DNA of 63,762 bases, the filler included, from Saprolegnia diclina VS20 (Eukaryota), in the NCBI RefSeq assembly GCF_000281045.1. It is 10 parts of 8 records of this genome, joined end to end, with 100 filler letters (N's around TTAATTAATTAA, not from the genome) between each part and the next. Parts side by side here need not be neighbours in the genome. Positions count along the whole stretch, not along the records: positions 40,449 to 49,712 come from NW_008246286.1; positions 49,813 to 60,701 come from NW_008246287.1; 8 more parts are not named here. One strand, given 5' to 3'. The notes below the pieces were generated by a model. The model ran no database searches. It worked only from the letters and a program-made list of their open reading frames with translations, and had not been told where the DNA came from. Below, piece after piece: positions 45,008-58,446 of the stretch (the stretch's first letter is position 1; every line of letters begins with the position of its first letter). A program made the translations under genes and the position numbers.

Positions 45008-46373
45008 GGGTGCGTTCGGTTCGTCCAAAGCACGTGCTTTTCACGTACTTCGAGGCCATCCACGTAACTTCGAAAAAAATATGTTACGCGGGGCATTCGG
45101 TTCAAATCCGCGTAACTTGGCGTACTTTGCCGCCAAAGCACGTCTTTTCAAAAAACGCCTCGGCCGGCCAGCCGACTCAAACCAGCGGCGAACGTTGGGA
45201 TGCTTTGGGATATATCCTGCCCTCAATCAGAAAAACCTAATTTCGGTCCTTTTTCACAGATCCCTGATTTGATTTCCAGCAGCGACATTGTCGCGACCAT
45301 TGCCGCAGCGCGCCAAGTCGACACGCTTGGAAGGACCAGGGAGCGCATGCCGCCGCGGACGATGGGCGCGCTCGATTAGATTTGTGGTGATTATAGTACA
45401 CACGCAGAGCGCGCTCGTGTTGCTTTCTTATCGACACGGCAGGCGCCATCACGAGGTCGAGCGCCGCTACATCGTCGCGCCACCAAGCAGCCGCTAGCGA
45501 AGCCGGCACGAGGCGTATGAGGAGGAGAAGCGCATAGAGGGTATGCGCCGTCGACAGACGCCTCAAGCGCTTACCTTGTACGCCGCCACTCATCGCATTG
45601 AGGACCCACGCTTGCCGCTCGGGTCGCGTCGCGCAGGACCATCCATGCGCTGTCCTAAAAATCCCAAAGTCGGCGTACATGGATGAACCGAACGCGATTT
45701 TGCAATCCGCGTAACAAAAAGCACGTACAGTCGACTCTGCCTAAGTGCATAGTGCATATTTCATGGTATTTAAAGGGTAATCGATTGTGAGAGTAAAAAT
45801 ATAAAATCGTGCTTTACATATTATTGTGAGAGGCTGGTGCGAGCCGCGGCTCCATGTGAGGCTCAGTCCTGGGCTGCGCGCCTCGCGTACGCGGACGTCG
45901 TCGTGCCTGCGCTTGTCCTCAGCGAGCTTGCGCCACATGGCTTCATCGCGGACGTAGCGCGAGATCGTGGACTGGTTGAGTGACGGGAAGCCGTTCTCCT
46001 TGAAGTGCTTTGCTGTGCGCGTTTGGTTTTCGCCATGCGCATGGTAGTACTCGAGGATCTCGACCCTGGTGATGACCTTGGGCTGCGACTTCTTCAGCGC
46101 ACCCGCCGGATTGGCGCGCGACTTGCGCGTTGGCTTCTTCGGCGGCTTCTTGGCCATCGAGAAGCGATTCAAAAGTGGTTGGCTTTTCCACCATCACGAA
46201 TTTTTATTCAAATTGGCGTATAAAAATATTTGGGACACTATCACCGCGAGAGGATTATCGAGTTTGAGTGGTATGCACTTAGGCAGAGTCGACTGTAACG
46301 AAAAACCTTGCAATCGAAGTTATGCGGATTTGCGATACGTGCTTTGAAAGTACGCGGTGCACCGAACGCACCC
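45008..46373. mobile_element. Non-autonomous TIR DNA transposon (PIF/Harbinger-like termini) hosting a nested insertion
   Basis: 13-bp TIR GGGTGCGTTCGGT at 45008-45020 and ACCGAACGCACCC at 46361-46373. 3-bp TSD ATA on both sides. Subterminal ATCC(G/A)CGTAAC and GCACGT repeats. Confidence 0.75.
45728..46295 (-). mobile_element. Internally deleted pogo/Tc1-mariner element (568 bp) retaining the N-terminal transposase HTH
   Basis: Perfect 24-bp TIR CAGTCGACTCTGCCTAAGTGCATA at 45728-45751 and 46272-46295, with TA on both sides. ORF ...RVEILEYYHAHGENQTRTAKHF...LNQSTISRYVR is CENP-B/Tc5-type HTH-like. Confidence 0.9.
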
Positions 46374-47571
46374 ATAATCTCTAGTGTGTGCAACCAGAGA
46401 TTGCTTTGGATGCACTCAGAGAGACAATCATTCACGCGCAAAAAGAAAGACATTCATTCATACCTCCGAGTCCTTTCTACAGTACGAGACGCTGTGATTG
46501 CGTACTGGTGGCCGCCACGCGAGCTCAAAATACATTTCACCTGATCACAGCAACATGGTGAAGCGCACATCGAGGCCAGGCCCGGCAACTGTCGCCGCCG
46601 CAACGCCCATGCCAATGGTCTCCTCGTTCTCGCCTTACATCGCGTCCAACCGAGTCTGTAGAGCTCGTACCAGGTTTTGCTCGACGGTTTTCGCAGCGGC
46701 AAAATTCCTCCAGGCCTTGAAGTTGACACCATACTTGACGACGTACGTGTACCTCGTACCNNNNNNNNNNNNNNNNNNNNNNNNNNNNNNNNNNNNNNNN
46801 NNNNNNNNNNNNNNNNNNNNNNNNNNNNNNNNNNNNNNNNNNNNNNNNNNNNNNNNNNNNNNNNNNNNNNNNNNNNNNNNNNNNNNNNNNNNNNNNNNNN
46901 NNNNNNNNNNNNNNNNNNNNNNNNNNNNNNNNNNNNNNNNNNNNNNNNNNNNNNNNNNNNNNNNNNNNNNNNNNNNNNNNNNNNNNNNNNNNNNNNNNNN
47001 NNNNNNNNNNNNNNNNNNNNNNNNNNNNNNNNNNNNNNNNNNNNNNNNNNNNNNNNNNNNNNNNNNNNNNNNNNNNNNNNNNNNNNNNNNNNNNNNNNNN
47101 NNNNNNNNNNNNNNNNNNNNNNNNNNNNNNNNNNNNNNNNNNNNNNNNNNNNNNNNNNNNNNNNNNNNNNNNNNNNNNNNNNNNNNNNNNNNNNNNNNNN
47201 NNNNNNNNNNNNNNNNNNNNNNNNNNNNNNNNNNNNNNNNNNNNNNNNNNNNNNNNNNNNNNNNNNNNNNNNNNNNNNNNNNNNNNNNNNNNNNNNNNNN
47301 NNNNNNNNNNNNNNNNNNNNNNNNNNNNNNNNNNNNNNNNNNNNNNNNNNNNNNNNNNNNNNNNNNNNNNNNNNNNNNNNNNNNNNNNNNNNNNNNNNNN
47401 NNNNNNNNNNNNNNNNNNNNNNNNNNNNNNNNNNNNNNNNNNNNNNNNNNNNNNNNNNNNNNNNNNNNNNNNNNNNNNNNNNNNNNNNNNNNNNNNNNNN
47501 NNNNNNNNNNNNNNNNNNNNNNNNNNNNNNNNNNNNNNNNNNNNNNNNNNNNNNNNNNNNNNNNNNNNNNN

Positions 47572-49712
47572 NTACGATGATGACGACGAGGTGTAGACAA
47601 GCTACATGCCACTTCTGTCCTTTGCGCTTGCAAACAAGTCTCGTGAGGCCGTCGAGCTTCTCGCATCAGTGGCCGACATCAACTTCATCGACGACGGTCA
47701 ATCTTCGACCAAGGCGTGCGTCAACAAGGTGCCGCTGGGCCAAGCCATCAAAACCAACCTCGACACAACATTGCTTGCGAAAATGCTGGAACATGCCAGC
47801 GTCCAGCCGCCAGAGGTGACCACCATCATTGATGGCAGCTTCTTCAACCGTTCTGACTCATACAACATCTCTGTAGTACTACGAGGAAGCTCTCAAGATG
47901 GCACTTGTAGCCAAGAGCGTCTCCAACGTAGTGCTGCTGGCATCCAAGGTCAACCCCAAGTCCGAGGTATGTTCACCTTGTAGTCACTCGGTGTGATCTT
48001 ATTCACTCACTAGTGCTTTCTTCAATACGCGGTCCACAACCCTGATTTTGTGGCAGTGTTGCTGGAACTGGGCGCGGACCCCAACCAGAGCGACCAGGTA
48101 CGAGCGCACCCGCTGCGATACCCACGACCCATCAAATGGTTGGTGCATTAGTACGGTCGCCCTCCGCTACTCGGTGCCTGCTCACAGAACGAAGAAATCT
48201 CAGCGCGTATCTTGCTGCCGCACACCACCAACGGCGATGTTCACGGCTACGTACGCAATGATTTGCAATGAGATCACTAACTCGCTCTGTAGTACGCGCC
48301 ACTCTACAACGTTGTTGCAGAAGGCGGTCTGCGCGGTCTGGCTAGAGATTTGGCCCGTACCGTCTTTGCAGAATCACCGATGCCGCCACTGCACAAGATC
48401 TTTTGGCAACCGTGCGTCGAGCGATATGCACAACGTGCATGCGATTTCTGGTGCTATGCCCCGGACCACGCGAGAGCCTATGCCAAAATCGAGCTCGAGT
48501 ACATGGCTGTTCTCTGCACGCTCCTCGACGAGCCGTTCTGGTGGACCAAGGAAACACTGCCAAGTCTTCCGCCTGGTGTCTGCGATACTGACGTCATCCA
48601 TGGCGAGCTCCAATTCATTCGCGACGAGTTTGTGCGGCCACTCGGTCTCGTGCCCAACACGACCCGCGGTGTGTACCACGCCGACGACGCACTCTCGGTC
48701 GACTTGCTTTCGTCGCTCAGTCAACTCTTGACACCGCTCGAAGTCGACGCTTCCTGGAACGACAACGTCTTGGAGGTCGTCGACCCAGCCATGCACGGCG
48801 CGGTGTACGGCCAATCGCGCTTCAATCTCCACCCGCACAACATGCGCGTCGGGACATCCACAAGCGCCACCGTTCAACATGAGATGCCTCCGTCGACGAC
48901 GCTTACCGATGCCGCGTGCCCGCACCTGCAAATGCTGCCGACGCCGGTGACGTGGGATGCGTCGTTGCGTCAAGTGACACTGGAGAGCTATATCAACAAC
49001 ATCCACCCGTCGCAGTCGGCGCTCTATGCGGTGCTGGCCGAGACCCTATCGACTGTGCTGCCGCTGCTAGATGCCGCCCGGTGGGTCCCCCGAAAAGACA
49101 ACCGACGTATTCGACTCGGTGGCGGCCACGAGAACGAGCTGCGCCTGCTCCGGGACGCGTACCTGAAGCACCACGGCCTCGACCCGTCGACGACTGTACT
49201 GCAAAAGACGCTGCGGGCGTTCAAGAAGGCGCAGGGGCCCATCACGAGCCAGTTGCAGCCAGCGCCACCGACGCTCCACGCTGCCAAAGAGTTCTGGAAG
49301 AACTACGTACCACGTCGTGACGACGACGATGACGACGGTAGCTGGCGGCTTCCGAGCAAGCCTCAGTCGCACCAAGTGCTCTGCCACGTGCAGTGTCTCC
49401 GCGCGACGCCCGAGGCACCGACAATGACGACGGCGTGGCGGCGTGGGTCGGGCGCTACCAACGAGGCCATCAAGTTTACAGCCGTGGCCCTGTACGGTGC
49501 AGACAACATCTCGGTGCGGATCGAGTTCCGAGAGACGTTTGAGAAGGCCGACTTTGGACCGCACAAGCGCAACCCTGCGATCGAGGTACAACAACAAAAG
49601 ATGCTTGCCATGTGGATTGGCGTCGATACAACTGTAGGTACTACTCAGCGACAGCATCGCAGAGCGCGTGAGCCAAGACACGGGGTTTGTGACCTTGCGA
49701 CCGGGACGCTTG
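47572..49712 (+). CDS. Ankyrin-repeat + DUF4246-like protein (both ends in gaps); multi-exon
   Basis: Ankyrin-like VAVLLELGADPNQSD..GRPPLLGAC. DUF4246-like PFWWTK, VLEVVDPAM, QMLPT, ESYINNIHP..LY and TPEAP...NEAI. Confidence 0.7.
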
Positions 49713-50505
49713 NNNNNNNNNNNNNNNNNNNNNNNNNNNNNNNNNNNNNNNNNNNNTTAATTAATTAANNNNNNNNNNNNNNNNNNNNNNNNNNNNNNNN
49801 NNNNNNNNNNNNGTGTTGTGTACATACACGCGGAATGGGTTCCTTCGCTTCCCGCTACAAACGGCGCATTCGTCGCATGGCGCAGTCGCCTTTCGTGCGT
49901 CTGGTCCTCGGCTTTCGTTCAGCGTCCTTAGCGGGTACATGCCGACATGGCACACCTGCCCGCGAAGAGCCTTGGACGCCATGGCAACGGTGATGGGCAG
50001 TTTTCCCTCCCGCCACGTGTATTTAACGTGTGGTGGGAACGCGTCAAAGTGGGGTGCGTAATGGTCGAACGGCCATCACCAGAGGCATGACGCCGCGTTT
50101 TGTAATTTTCACAAATTTTGAAGCCAAACGTCCGTACACAACCCCTTTCCTAACACTCCCTTTCCTCTGTCCCTCCTTCCTCTTCGCCAGACACGCCGAC
50201 GTATTACAGTACGGTACTAGCACCGTCCTCACCAGCGCTGACCCTGTCGCTTCTACGGCGCGCAGCGGGTGGAGATGGCACGTGACCGTCGACGGCCCCC
50301 ACACAGTGCAATTGCAGTAGCCTGGCCTGTCACGGGATTGGCTACATATCCGGACGTCTCTTTATTAAAGTATGGAGCTTTCCATACAAACACGAAGCTA
50401 TAGATTGGATATCGTATTATAATGCCAGCATGACTAACGCCTTGGAAATCCGGATAAGCCGCGCGTCGAACCTTTGTAAGTAAACACGATGATGGACGGG
50501 CCGAA

Positions 50506-52020
50506 ATGGCATCATTCTTTGACCGGTGGCACTGCCAGCGCATGATGATGTCGTCGTCGTCGGTCGCTCCTCGGCGCCCGTCGTCGCCTCGCCTCCGCGC
50601 GCTCTCGTCCTCGTCCAGCATCAGCGACGAGCGCGAGGCTGTGGCCGTGCGCCGCGCCAACAGCGCGGCCAAGATGCCCGTCGTGACGCCGGACCGCTGC
50701 AAAGGCTGCCTCCGCCTCTTCTCCAAGATGCTCACGACCAAGCAGTGTTTCCGCGTACGTCTTTTGAATCTGCAACCGCGATGGCGCCACTGACCGCCTT
50801 CTTCTGTCTAGTGCAAGAACTACGTGTGCGCGCTCTGTGTCTTCAAGGTGCCCATGTTTCATGGCGAGAAGGGCAAGCTGCCCAAGCACTCGCTCCACGC
50901 GCGGCTCTGCGCATCGTGCTACGACGAAAGCATCCTCTGCGACAACAGCACCAACAGCGCGAGCAGCCAGCCCGAGATGAGCCCGCCGTCGGGGCGCGAC
51001 ACCGCCGGTCACTTTGACGACGACGCCTGCGACGACTGCGCCTGCGCCCCCGCGCCCATTGTCGTCGCTGGCCCGAGCAGCACGGCGTCGCTCTGGCTTT
51101 CTCTCGTTACGGGCTCGCTCATGCTCGGCGTTGTGCTTCTCGAGTCGACCGATTTTCACGTCCGCGCCGGTAGCCTCGTCGGTTTGTACGTGGTTTTTGT
51201 CGTCATCCATCCGCTCTGGAAGTCTCCGTCGACGCCACTGCCGACGCCGAAACCTCGACGAATGTCCAAGGCGAAGCGAGACCCGAGCGAAACCGCGTCT
51301 TCGGACGACGAAGATGAGCCTTCGATCAACATGGAGGCGGTTCTCCTTGCCAAGAAGGAATGGCTCGAAGCCCGCTGGAGCGAGCTCACGTCGGAACAAG
51401 CTGCTTGGGTCAAGAACGAGTCCAAGTCGACGGCGAGCATTACGCTCTCGGAGCTCGACTGCGGCGACGACGTGCCCGTGTGCATCAAGGTCGAGGCGTT
51501 TGTGCCCAACACGAGTGCTGACGAGATCCTCTCGTTTATTGGCAACCCGGACCCAAAAGAACGCATCAAGTGGGATTCCCACATGGCCAGTACGTTTTGT
51601 TTCAATGTATCGACTTGCACTGATCCAATGGGTGTAGCGCACACGGTGGTCGAGAGCGTCGAGTGGCCAGTGACCAACCAATCGGGTCGCGTCGTGCACA
51701 ACGTGCAGAAGAGCCATGGCATGGGCCTCGTGCCGTCGCGGGACTTTGTCTTGCTCGCGCTGCGCAAGTCGCCGACGATCTACGTCCAAGGCAGCCTCGA
51801 GCACCCGAGCGTACCGGACCGACCTGGCAGCGTCCGTGGGGTGCTCCATATTCTCGGCTTTGAGTGCGTGCCCACTGACGACGGCGTGCACTTGACGTAC
51901 ATCAATCACGTCGACATTCGGGGGTCGCTTCCGCGCAAGCTCGTCACCAACGGCACGTGTGACAACATGATGAAGCTCATGACGACCGCCGTCCAAGCCA
52001 AAAAGAAGTGGCTCGTGTAA
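50506..52020 (+). CDS. FYVE-like zinc finger + two TM helices + START lipid-transfer domain
   Basis: Eight-Cys pattern CKGC...CFR|CKNYVCALC...LCASC across an intron (~50755-50810). Two hydrophobic helices. START motifs RIKWDS, VPSRDFV, VRG, LTYINHVDIRGSLP. Confidence 0.85.
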
Positions 52021-52071
52021 ACTGAAATTTTGCGTTTTTGATGCCCGATTGAATATATGTAGATAGTATTA

Positions 52072-54436
52072 CTATTTTGCATGTTGGCCACTTGTCATGT
52101 ACAGAGCCACCACCGATGCGACGAGACCGTCCAGGATTGCACGGCAGCAGAGACGAGTCTCGTCATCGTCCTCGTTCTTGTCGCGACCCGGAGACTCCAG
52201 AAACAACTGCAGCAACTGAGCGTCGTCGTCGGCCAACGAGTTCGACGAGCTGCTCTTTTTCAAAAACGTCGAAGCGTCACCGGGTTCGAAATGTGTACCA
52301 AACGGCGGCGGTGGGTCGTGCAACCCGTCCAGAGGCGATGGCATCGTTCGTGGACTCTTCTCTTCTGCGGGCTCGAAGGGTAGAGTGCTGGGTACAACGG
52401 GAGCCTCGAGCTCGAGCTCGGGTGGCAAATGGACGTCCGTGGTGCGGGGTGAGCGACCTTTGTCGCTGCCGAGTTGTGCCAGATTCGACTCGAAAGAGAG
52501 CACAGTATCTTCCAACTGAAGTAACATGGGCGGTTCGTGCAGCGTCTCGACCATTTCGGTGGCAAGTGACGAGGTATTCTCCAAAGCAGCGACAACCGCG
52601 CCGTGTATCACTGCCTCGTCAGCTTGTGTTGTCGCGTTCACGCCGTTGCATTCTGGTATCATGTCGCGCGTCAGGATGGCATCGACGAGGTCGGCCACAC
52701 AGGCAACGACCTCTGGCAGCGGCGCCTCCAGCGTATCCAGAATCGTGAGTGCGACCACTGTCTTTGTGCCGTTGGCGTCGGCAATGGCAAGCTCCAGCCG
52801 CGTCTTGTGCCCAAGTGTTGTAGCTGGATTGCTTCGCACGGGGCTAAAGATGCGCGGGGTCGGACACCGACCACTGCTGGCCGTCTAGGGAGCATTATGA
52901 ATTTCTGAACGACCGGATGGAGGCTACCTGTGGCCGTGGACGCTTTGGTGGTGTTGCCAGTGCAGAGGTACTTGCTGTTGACCGGGCCCATGCCGTGGCC
53001 GACTGCGGTCGCCGAGCATTCGGTGTTGGCGACGGGTCGACAACAACAATGTCCTTGTGCAGCACAGGGCTCAAGGCCAGAAGGCGCGGCGTTGGGCATC
53101 CCGTTAAATCCACAATGTTGGGTTTCGTGGGCGTCTGTTTGATGAAATATCCAACCGAGCGCGAGGTAAGAAGTAATGAGACCTTGGGGACGCGGGGGGT
53201 CGGCGCGATCTTTTTCGCCGCTGGTGGCTTGGTTGGGATCGCAGGCTTCTCTGGCACATCGCACCCACCCACGTAGCCGAACGACTGCAATAAGCTCTTC
53301 CACGCACTCGGCGTGCGCCATGGGTCTGCGTCCACAGACCCACGCTCGCTCTTGTTCGTCTTGGTGGCGCTCGTCACCTGCACAAAAGTGCGAGATGTTT
53401 TACAGGGTACTTGCTATACGTGGACGAGTGTATCCAAGCGCTTCCAAAGGACGTCGGCGCGAGGATGCTGCTTCCCAACGCTAGCGACCGTCACTTCATA
53501 AGCTTTTCGACACGCTTGGAGCGCGTCGGCCGTCTGCCTGTCGTTCAAAATCAAGTAAAAGCGCGAGAGCTCGACCTCGTGCTGTTTCTCTTGGTGGACG
53601 CTGAAGTCGTACAGTGCGCGACCTAGCAGCTGTGCCCACTCGTCGCGCTGCCGCCGTGCGACCACCGGAGCTTGCGCCGCGGCCAAAAGCACTTCGAACG
53701 CGACGCCCGCCTAGGGTCGTCAAGTGAGAATATGGTAGACTTTAGCTGCGTACCGCCGTGCGAGCGTGGAATGCACCTGCGTCCAACAGTTGTAGTTCCG
53801 TCGAGACTGCGCCAAGGTGTAGATGCGCTCGTGCAATCTCGATACGCGCCAGTAAAAGCGCGTGGTTGGGAGTTGTATCTATGCCAAAGAACTTGAAATT
53901 GTAGCGACTATCACGTAAGGTACCTAAAAGTGCGAGCTCCAAGAGGCCATAATGGCAGTCGAGTGCCTTGTAGAGATATGCCAATGCCTCTTTGCGCGCC
54001 TCTAGTCACAATAGGTCAGTACTTCTATCGAGGTGGACAATGTACGCTGTGCATGACACGTGGCAGCGAGATCCGTCAAGAGCTCGAGCCGGCTGCGCAG
54101 CCACGTATGCCGCTGGCTCAACGTGAGCTCGCTTGCAGCGTCGCCTTGCACCGATAGCCAGTGGTTCACCGCATCATGCAGGGGCAGTGCGCACAGCAGC
54201 AACCGGCGCGCTTCCGACGGCTCTAGACGTACATGAATATGCGCGAAGCACCGAGATGGACACCCACGGAGGGCTACGTGGAGACGCGTGAGGTCGGTGA
54301 AGTGCTGCGAGGCCTTGAGCGCAGCCTTGGCTGTCGGCCATGTTGGGGGTCGTCTCAGAAATAAGTGTTCTTCGCGCTCGAGCAGCGCAGCGAGTGCCGA
54401 GACGCACCGGGCGGCCAGCGGTGCGTCGAGACCCAT
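52072..54436 (-). CDS. Hypothetical multi-exon protein with helical/TPR-like N-terminal half
   Basis: Chain of same-strand ORFs with GT-AG boundaries. ALQACRKAYEVTVASVGKQHP resembles a TPR G..HP motif. Exact exon model uncertain. Confidence 0.5.
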
Positions 54437-56897
54437 GGCCGCAAAGGTATTTTCGCAGCCGTTTCAGTATCGGACAAGCGTCCTGTCTACGAGCGTTTTA
54501 CAAAAAGGGATTTGTCTGAACGGCAATGTGGTTCTTGTGGTCGTGCTCGAGATACTGCCGTCATCTCCTTCGCCTACTCTGGTACCACGCGCCAGATCAC
54601 CGGCGCCACGGCCCACAACGCGTCCGATGTCACCGGTCCCATTTGACGCGCGAAAGTCCCACCAAACCAACACCAGACCGCATGCAGCCGGGCATGCAGC
54701 CGACAGCATCGCAGAGGTTGAACGGGCGGATGGTCGCCGGCCTCTTGAACGTCGTGGCGCTTGAGGCACGAGCGACGCAGTGCAGCGGTTCGTGGTCGAG
54801 CGACTGGTTCGTGGCGCCGAGTTGAGGCTCTCTCGGATCTCGCTTGTGGCTTCGTCGCGAGTCGAGCGAGCAGCCACATCACAGCGTCGTCGTCAGCCAG
54901 GATGTACTCATCGTATATAGCTCACGTCATTGTCTGGCGCCGAGCGCGAAGAGAATACGGACGCCATCTTCTCATTCGGCCCAGCTTCGATGAGTTTAGG
55001 CCTTGACCGACGAGAAACTCAACCACGAATGACGTCGCAGTCGATGCCACGCGTGGTGGCATGATATCACCGTGGTTGCACTAGGATCGTAGTGGCCCGA
55101 GCCGTTGGCAAGATCATAGAACCTGAGAGGATAGGAGGCTGAGGGATTTTACATGCATACGCTACACAGCAGCACCTCGAACGCACCACGAGAAGATCGA
55201 GTGCACGCGGCAAGGAACAGCGGAGGCAGTCGAACGGCAAGACGTGCAGGACCGAGAAGAGGTTAACGTCGTAGCTGCACTTGGTGTACGCCACGCAGAG
55301 GCCGGTGGCCACGTGGCGTGGAAGGGCCAACTTGTTGGTGGCAATCGTTGCGAGCAGCCACCAGTCCTTGCCTCATTCGTCAAGCTGCTGCACTAGAACT
55401 GGTGTACGCCACGATCACCGAGAGATGAAATCGCAGAAAGCTCTCGGTTGGCACCGCGTGTACGACGACGTCGACCGACTCGGCGTGTGCATGATGTCAA
55501 GCAATGACAGCAGCGTAACGACGCCGTCGTCAGTATTTGGCACCTGGTGGCGCACGCCATCGTTTTTCAGTTTCGCGCATCGTCTCGTTGCGGCGCGCGC
55601 AAGATTTCGATGTCGCTGTACCACTCCCACACCTATATAGTTGGACTCGTCATTAAGTTTCACCGCGGGGCCATGATACTTTCTCTTTGTATGGAAAGAG
55701 GTGATAGATTCGTGTTAAGTCATTATGAAGTCGATAGGGCTGCGTCCGTCGTTATCAGTAGCCAATCACAACGCGTAAAACGTCCCGTAATCTGTAGCAC
55801 TCAATGCGAGCACACCATTGAATCACGACTCTAATATCAGCTCGCACAGCCGCACGAGTACCCAACGACTAGGGTGCAGTTTCGTCTAGGGCTCTATGCG
55901 TATACCCATGCCGAGCCACGATAGCTATGTCGCTCAGGTCCCGAGTGTGCGTGGGTATGTGCAGAAACAACGAGGCACCCACGTGAACATCCTTGGTGAT
56001 CAACCACTGCGCACCCTCTCTAGCAAGTTCAAAGGCAATCTCACTCTGGAGCGCGTCCGCGATAGCCACCGCAATGTTGAGTACACAAAACAAAATAGGG
56101 AGGCAGGTGACAGGGCTGTTGACCAAAGTGCAATAGCGTTGGGTTGGTGAGCTCGAAGGTGGGAAACGTCGTGGATGACACGATCTCGGCAAGAAGAAAG
56201 CGCAGAGCTCTGGAGGTGGATCAGAAGATACCACTCAGGATACTACTTGTTGCAGCAATTGGGAAACACCGTCGTCGTCTGTCGTTCCTTTCGCCAATTC
56301 AACGAGCAGCCTCAGGAGGTATATCGTACGCAGCGTCAACAACGACCACGCCCCAGAGCGATCCTCGCACACAACTTTTGTGTGTGACCGAGGTTGCCGA
56401 TGGCTGCTATGGCACATGGCCGATCCCGATCCAAGGGAGTATCGTACTGTACAAATGTACCACTGTGCACTTCTTTGGTCATTCCTTATATGCAACGCTC
56501 GTACAATTGTAGCACTACTCTCCAAGTGTAAAAAAGGTGATATTCTCTAGAAACAACAGACAAAAGCCAGCTCTAAACCGTGGAGGCTTGTACCCGACCA
56601 GATTGGCTACTGGGCCCACGAATCTTGGCAGGCCTGTCGACCGCCCTCCCAGCTGTGGCATTCGCTCAGCCAGTTGTTTTCATCACATTTCTTATCAATT
56701 GACAACCTGCGCCTTATTACGCAAGGGGAGCACATGATGCAAGGGGAGCTACCACTCGCCCTACAAGCACGATATGTGCGCAACAAAACCCAGAGCATGA
56801 ATACCTTATTATCGAGCAGTCATAACTCGAACAAGAGGAACTGGGGAGCAATGCCCATCCTACACAATCATCATATTCCACACATGACAAACCCAGT

Positions 56898-57016
56898 CAA
56901 ACAACAACAACAACAANNNNNNNNNNNNNNNNNNNNNNNNNNNNNNNNNNNNNNNNNNNNNNNNNNNNNNNNNNNNNNNNNNNNNNNNNNNNNNNNNNNN
57001 NNNNNNNNNNNNNNNN

Positions 57017-57048
<32 letters not shown>

Positions 57049-57103
57049 TCAACATCAACATCAACATCAACATCAACATCAACATCAACATCAACATCAA
57101 CAT

Positions 57104-57184
<81 letters not shown>
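56898..57184 (+). repeat. Compound microsatellite (CAA)n-(CAACAT)n-(CAA)n spanning a gap
   Basis: Directly visible on both sides of the N run at 56917-57016. Confidence 0.95.
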
Positions 57185-58446
57185 AACTTCACCAAGAAGG
57201 ACAATGTCGTACACACGTCAGATATATCAATCACACGTGGGAAAACACACACAATTGAGAAAGCGAGTTCATCTCGCTCCTCGACCACAATTCAAAGGCA
57301 ATCAAAGGAGAACGCCGCCGAGGTAGATGCGACAATCATGTCTCGTGGCTCCAACGCTATCGAACGATGGTCCATATCTGCTCAAGCGAAGCTCTCCAAC
57401 CCAAATGCTAGAAGTTTTACACTGGCAGTTACGCCTCTGAACATCAATAAAGGCCCATGCCTTGGATGTCGAACTACACATATACAAATGTTCCATCCTA
57501 TACACACTGACAACGACATCGAAACGGATATGTGATCCTACTACACCATCGTCCACACTAAATACAGTACGGTGTACTAGTACCTCTTACTCCATGTTGC
57601 ATGTGTCTCGGAACACTGAATGCCATGTTGAGGAAGGGGAGAACAACTAGCATTCTAGCTAGACATTTACGACTGTCGCACACCCACAACATGGGAAACC
57701 ACAACATGACACTTCACAACATGATGAAAACAATAACGATACACCACAAAGAGTTGGCAGAATAATAACCAACAAAGTGGTCAATTGGGTCAATGGTGAC
57801 ATGGCGCTCCGACGGCAGCTCAATGCCAAACAGGCCACATGATGGTCTCCGCGACATGCGTCCCAATACGAACCGATGCACAAATGTGTCGCTACACGCA
57901 TATGATCGCTGACACCAGCGGATACACAGCCATGTTCAAGGACATCCAAGTGATCTTGGCCAAATGGCAATGATTTGCCAATCGCAGCGACTTTCGCACC
58001 GACCGCCAAGCACACCACGCTGTTGCCCAGCCACATGCAGCCGACAACACACCAATATCGCATTCGAAGCACACGCAAGATCAACTCGTGCACCACAACG
58101 CGAGCCCCAACTGGACTCGTCCTCTCCAACAGCCTCTCGTCACGTCGTCACCTCTCGTGCATCAACATGTGGGTTTTTGTACGCTTCGCCATGAGAACTC
58201 GTGTCTCGGGCGATGACGTTTTTCCCCACGCACATGCACTTCGGCCCGACTCGACTGACGGCAACTTGCCCCGCAACTCAGCAAGACCACGCCACGGAAC
58301 CAAGGGGAGTAACAGCGGAAACGCGCCCAGCAGGATTCCGGATATCGGTTCCTATATCGAAGTCTACAAGAGTCGCCATACACTCTATAAGACGCCGTCT
58401 AGCCTCCACCAATGTACATCATAACACTCCATAATTCAGCCTCCGC

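Noticed and set aside
46635..46760. Minus-strand coding-like tail (YTYVVKYGVNFKAW...LDAM*)
   Set aside because: Probably a gene end, but the rest is in the gap and it cannot be identified.
54464..58400. Stop-interrupted ORF fragments suggesting a decayed gene or transposon
   Set aside because: No diagnostic motif could be read by eye; needs TBLASTX.
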